A stretch of DNA of 64,000 bases from a virus (taxonomy: Duplodnaviria > Heunggongvirae > Uroviricota > Caudoviricetes): positions 1 to 64,000 of IMG/VR virus record IMGVR_UViG_3300033146_004404; one strand, 5' to 3'. The translations under genes and the position numbers were made by a program. Within the stretch, counting starts at the first letter, position 1. Every line of letters begins with the position of its first letter. Of this stretch, positions 61,613-64,000 are shown in pieces. The notes below the pieces were generated by a model. That model made no database searches. It had not been told where the DNA came from and saw only the letters and a list, made by a program, of their open reading frames with translations.

Positions 61613-63205
61613 ATGTCAAGACCAGAAACAATATCAAAACTGTCTTTCTATCTTATGGATAAAGAACCATTAATTTATCTTTTTATAATCAACTCAGATT
61701 TCATCTATGCTAAAGATGAAGAGATTGGTGGACTGGCAGGAGTGACATACAAAGATGGAAGAGTTCAATTCTATTACGGAGATATGTTTATAAATCTTCC
61801 TATAGAAGAACTTTACTTTGTATTAATACATGAAGCTCAACATATATTTAAGAATCATATAAAAATGTATAAAGAACACAAGAATAAAAAAATTCTCAAC
61901 ATAGCTCAAGATGCTATTATCAATAATGAAATAATAGCAACCAAATTTCTTGGTATCGAACCAAAAATGCCTTCGCTTGGAGGTAGTGTGATACCAGATA
62001 AATTTAAAAGAGATTACTCATCAATGGGAGAAGATGCTTATACGTCTGCCAGATTATATAACTGGTATTTAGAGAAAAAAGAAGAACTGAGTAAACTGTC
62101 TAAAAAAGAATTCCTGTTAAAAGTAAAATCTTGTAAGAACACAGTAACAGGAGAATACGGATTAGTATTAAGTGATTCAATAGATCCTGACAAATTAGAG
62201 ATTGGAGTCTTTGATTCTAAAAAAGAAATGCTTGATTCAAGGCATCAATGGAGATACAGACGATCTGAATTAACTCATATAGATGATTTAATGCCAGTAA
62301 TATCAAGAGGAGGTGAAGAAGGTGCTAGTGAAGCAGCAGAGCCAGATTTTGAAGTCGAGATTGATGATCCATTCGATTCAATCGTTAAAGAAGAAGGTGG
62401 AGAAGAAGAAATAATACCTCAGCAGATATTCATAGAGAACATCGTTAAACAAGCAGTTGAAATGGAAGATAATAACGAGGCTTTAAAGCAGGCAAAACTA
62501 ACGGCTGGAATTGGTTCTGAGAACAGCTTGATAGATGCAGTAAAGAAAATACTTGTATCTCAAATTAACTGGAAGAAAGAGTTTAAACAAAAACTAAATC
62601 TTTATATGTCAGATAGAGGTTCTGTAAAAGGGACTAAGAAAAGCTATATTACCTATATGTTAAATCCAAGAAGTCGGTACGGCATAATAGGAAAACATGA
62701 CTTAAAAACAACTATAAAGAAACAGAATTATTTAATTATGGCTGTTGATACATCAGGCTCTTGCTTCTATGACAACTTCGACAAAGAAAGGTTCTTTACA
62801 GAGATTGATGAAATAGCAAGAGAAATGAAATTTAGTGGAACTGGTAAAGTATTTATTTTAATGTGGGATGGATATGTTTCATCTAATGATATAGTTGAAT
62901 ATAATGTAGGTGACTGGAAAAATTTCAAGTTGACAGGAGGAGGTGGAACAAACCCTCATTCTGTTTTTGATTATCTAGAAAGAAGATTAGACGGAAATGT
63001 TCTTAAACTAAATGACAAGGAAAGCATTTATATTGAAAGCCTGACAAAGCTTCCGTTCTTACTATTCTTAACTGACGGATGGTTCTTCTTTAAATTGGAA
63101 AAAAAATCAACTGGGATATATCAAAAGGACTTGGAGAGCTTAATGTTTATGACAAGAGAAGAAAGATATATTGATGAATCAATAAGTAGGGTTATATATA
63201 AGTGA
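61613..63205 (+). CDS. metallopeptidase-like (HExxH) plus vWA domain protein
   Basis: 'VLIHEAQHIF' near the N-terminus and 'LIMAVDTSGSCF' MIDAS motif in the C-terminal half. Confidence 0.55.
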   Translation: MSRPETISKLSFYLMDKEPLIYLFIINSDFIYAKDEEIGGLAGVTYKDGRVQFYYGDMFINLPIEELYFVLIHEAQHIFKNHIKMYKEHKNKKILNIAQDAIINNEIIATKFLGIEPKMPSLGGSVIPDKFKRDYSSMGEDAYTSARLYNWYLEKKEELSKLSKKEFLLKVKSCKNTVTGEYGLVLSDSIDPDKLEIGVFDSKKEMLDSRHQWRYRRSELTHIDDLMPVISRGGEEGASEAAEPDFEVEIDDPFDSIVKEEGGEEEIIPQQIFIENIVKQAVEMEDNNEALKQAKLTAGIGSENSLIDAVKKILVSQINWKKEFKQKLNLYMSDRGSVKGTKKSYITYMLNPRSRYGIIGKHDLKTTIKKQNYLIMAVDTSGSCFYDNFDKERFFTEIDEIAREMKFSGTGKVFILMWDGYVSSNDIVEYNVGDWKNFKLTGGGGTNPHSVFDYLERRLDGNVLKLNDKESIYIESLTKLPFLLFLTDGWFFFKLEKKSTGIYQKDLESLMFMTREERYIDESISRVIYK

Positions 63206-63441
63206 AAAAGAAAATTAATGCCAGCAGCATTGGGACACGTTGTGGTTTTAACGATGAATCATACGGAGAAGAATTAGTTATTAAATCATCTTATGCAACA
63301 CCGGAGTTAATCTTCTATAGGATAACTATAAACAAAAAAGAAAACGAAATTTTAAATAGTTCAGTAGAAGAAAAAAAGAGTATAAATAAAAAAGCTATTA
63401 ATTCATATTGTGACATTTTTGATTCTGCGAAAGAGGCTTAG
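63202..63441 (+). CDS. hypothetical protein
   Basis: ORF overlapping the upstream stop. Confidence 0.4.
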   Translation: MKKKINASSIGTRCGFNDESYGEELVIKSSYATPELIFYRITINKKENEILNSSVEEKKSINKKAINSYCDIFDSAKEA

Positions 63442-63634
63442 CTTGTATAATAAAAAAACAATGGAATGGAAAGAGATAGCAGATGAAAATAGATCGAATT
63501 CGATTACAGTGATTAATAGTCAAGTTCATTCTCCTGGCTTTATCCGTAAAACGGAGAAGAGTTCTAAAGAGATAGTTGAATCATCAATATTGGAGTATAA
63601 TTATCTTTTTTATAGATCTACTATAAAAAAATGA
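63410..63634 (+). CDS. hypothetical protein
   Basis: ORF. Confidence 0.3.
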   Translation: MTFLILRKRLSLYNKKTMEWKEIADENRSNSITVINSQVHSPGFIRKTEKSSKEIVESSILEYNYLFYRSTIKK

Positions 63635-63682
63635 GCAGAACAACAACGCTAGGAATAAAAACAATTACATTAAGGGGATAAA

Positions 63683-64000
63683 ATGAAAGACGCACTAGAA
63701 TTTGTACTAGACAACTACGGAGAAAGTATAAGAGATTATCTTGGAACATTAGATATAATGATTGCATTTTCCACAGACTGTGAACTTGTAGCTGACAAAG
63801 TAGAAAGAAAGATTAATAACACTTTGAGATATAAGAATTTTAATTATGGAGTGATACAGGATTATTCTCTAGACACAGTTAAAGAAGTTGGAGATGTATT
63901 ATCTGACATTAATTTCTGCGAAGTAGATGGAAGTAAATTCATAAAGATAATTACTCCATTTACTCTTGAGAAGTCATATGATTTTATTATAGCAAGAAGA
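63683..64000 (+). CDS. hypothetical protein (3' end outside window)
   Basis: ATG after GGGGATAAA RBS; open to the end of the window. Confidence 0.4.
   Translation, partial: MKDALEFVLDNYGESIRDYLGTLDIMIAFSTDCELVADKVERKINNTLRYKNFNYGVIQDYSLDTVKEVGDVLSDINFCEVDGSKFIKIITPFTLEKSYDFIIARR

Overview
The window reads as a contiguous stretch of a large, AT-rich (by eye) virulent-type myovirus genome from a low-GC host; no host-like genes are visible. Dense small plus-strand genes (1-47.6 kb and 55.9-64 kb) are nearly all transcribed from one 40-bp sigma70/sigmaA-type consensus promoter, TTGACA-17-TGnTATAAT, present in 26 near-identical copies. A minus-strand virion module at 47.6-55.8 kb contains a confidently recognisable contractile tail sheath gene and lacks that promoter. 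Two tRNA arrays (23.0-32.1 kb and 40.5-41.6 kb) hold at least 23 tRNA genes, none of which encodes a 3' CCA. They are interleaved with a phage-encoded tmRNA and an RNA repair and maturation toolkit: RtcB ligase, an Rnl2-family RNA ligase, a split CCA-adding enzyme, PTH2 peptidyl-tRNA hydrolase and a YqeY/GatB-like protein. Other recognisable genes are ThyX interrupted by an intein carrying a LAGLIDADG endonuclease, PRPP synthetase, a PurA-like protein, thioredoxin, a gamma-class N6-adenine methyltransferase, two radical SAM proteins, an M23 peptidase, an AAA+ ATPase, four vWA proteins, metallophosphoesterases, and intact plus decayed HNH endonucleases. The most unusual feature is a cassette at 33.3-36.9 kb: a radical SAM enzyme with an N-terminal extension and a C-terminal Cys cluster, then four tandem paralogous proteins sharing an identical 16-residue N-terminus ahead of a hydrophobic-x-Glu site and divergent bodies, then an HNH nuclease. 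This fits either capsid-targeted (injected) proteins or a RiPP-like modification system. Further signals are a conserved hairpin element recurring between tRNAs and in one 5' UTR, tRNA-like minihelices, a possible CUA (amber-suppressor) tRNA, and a GC-richer insert at 9.3-10.9 kb with a candidate ncRNA and a duplicated palindromic operator. Everything is inferred by eye from the sequence, and coordinates of RNA genes are approximate to a few nucleotides.
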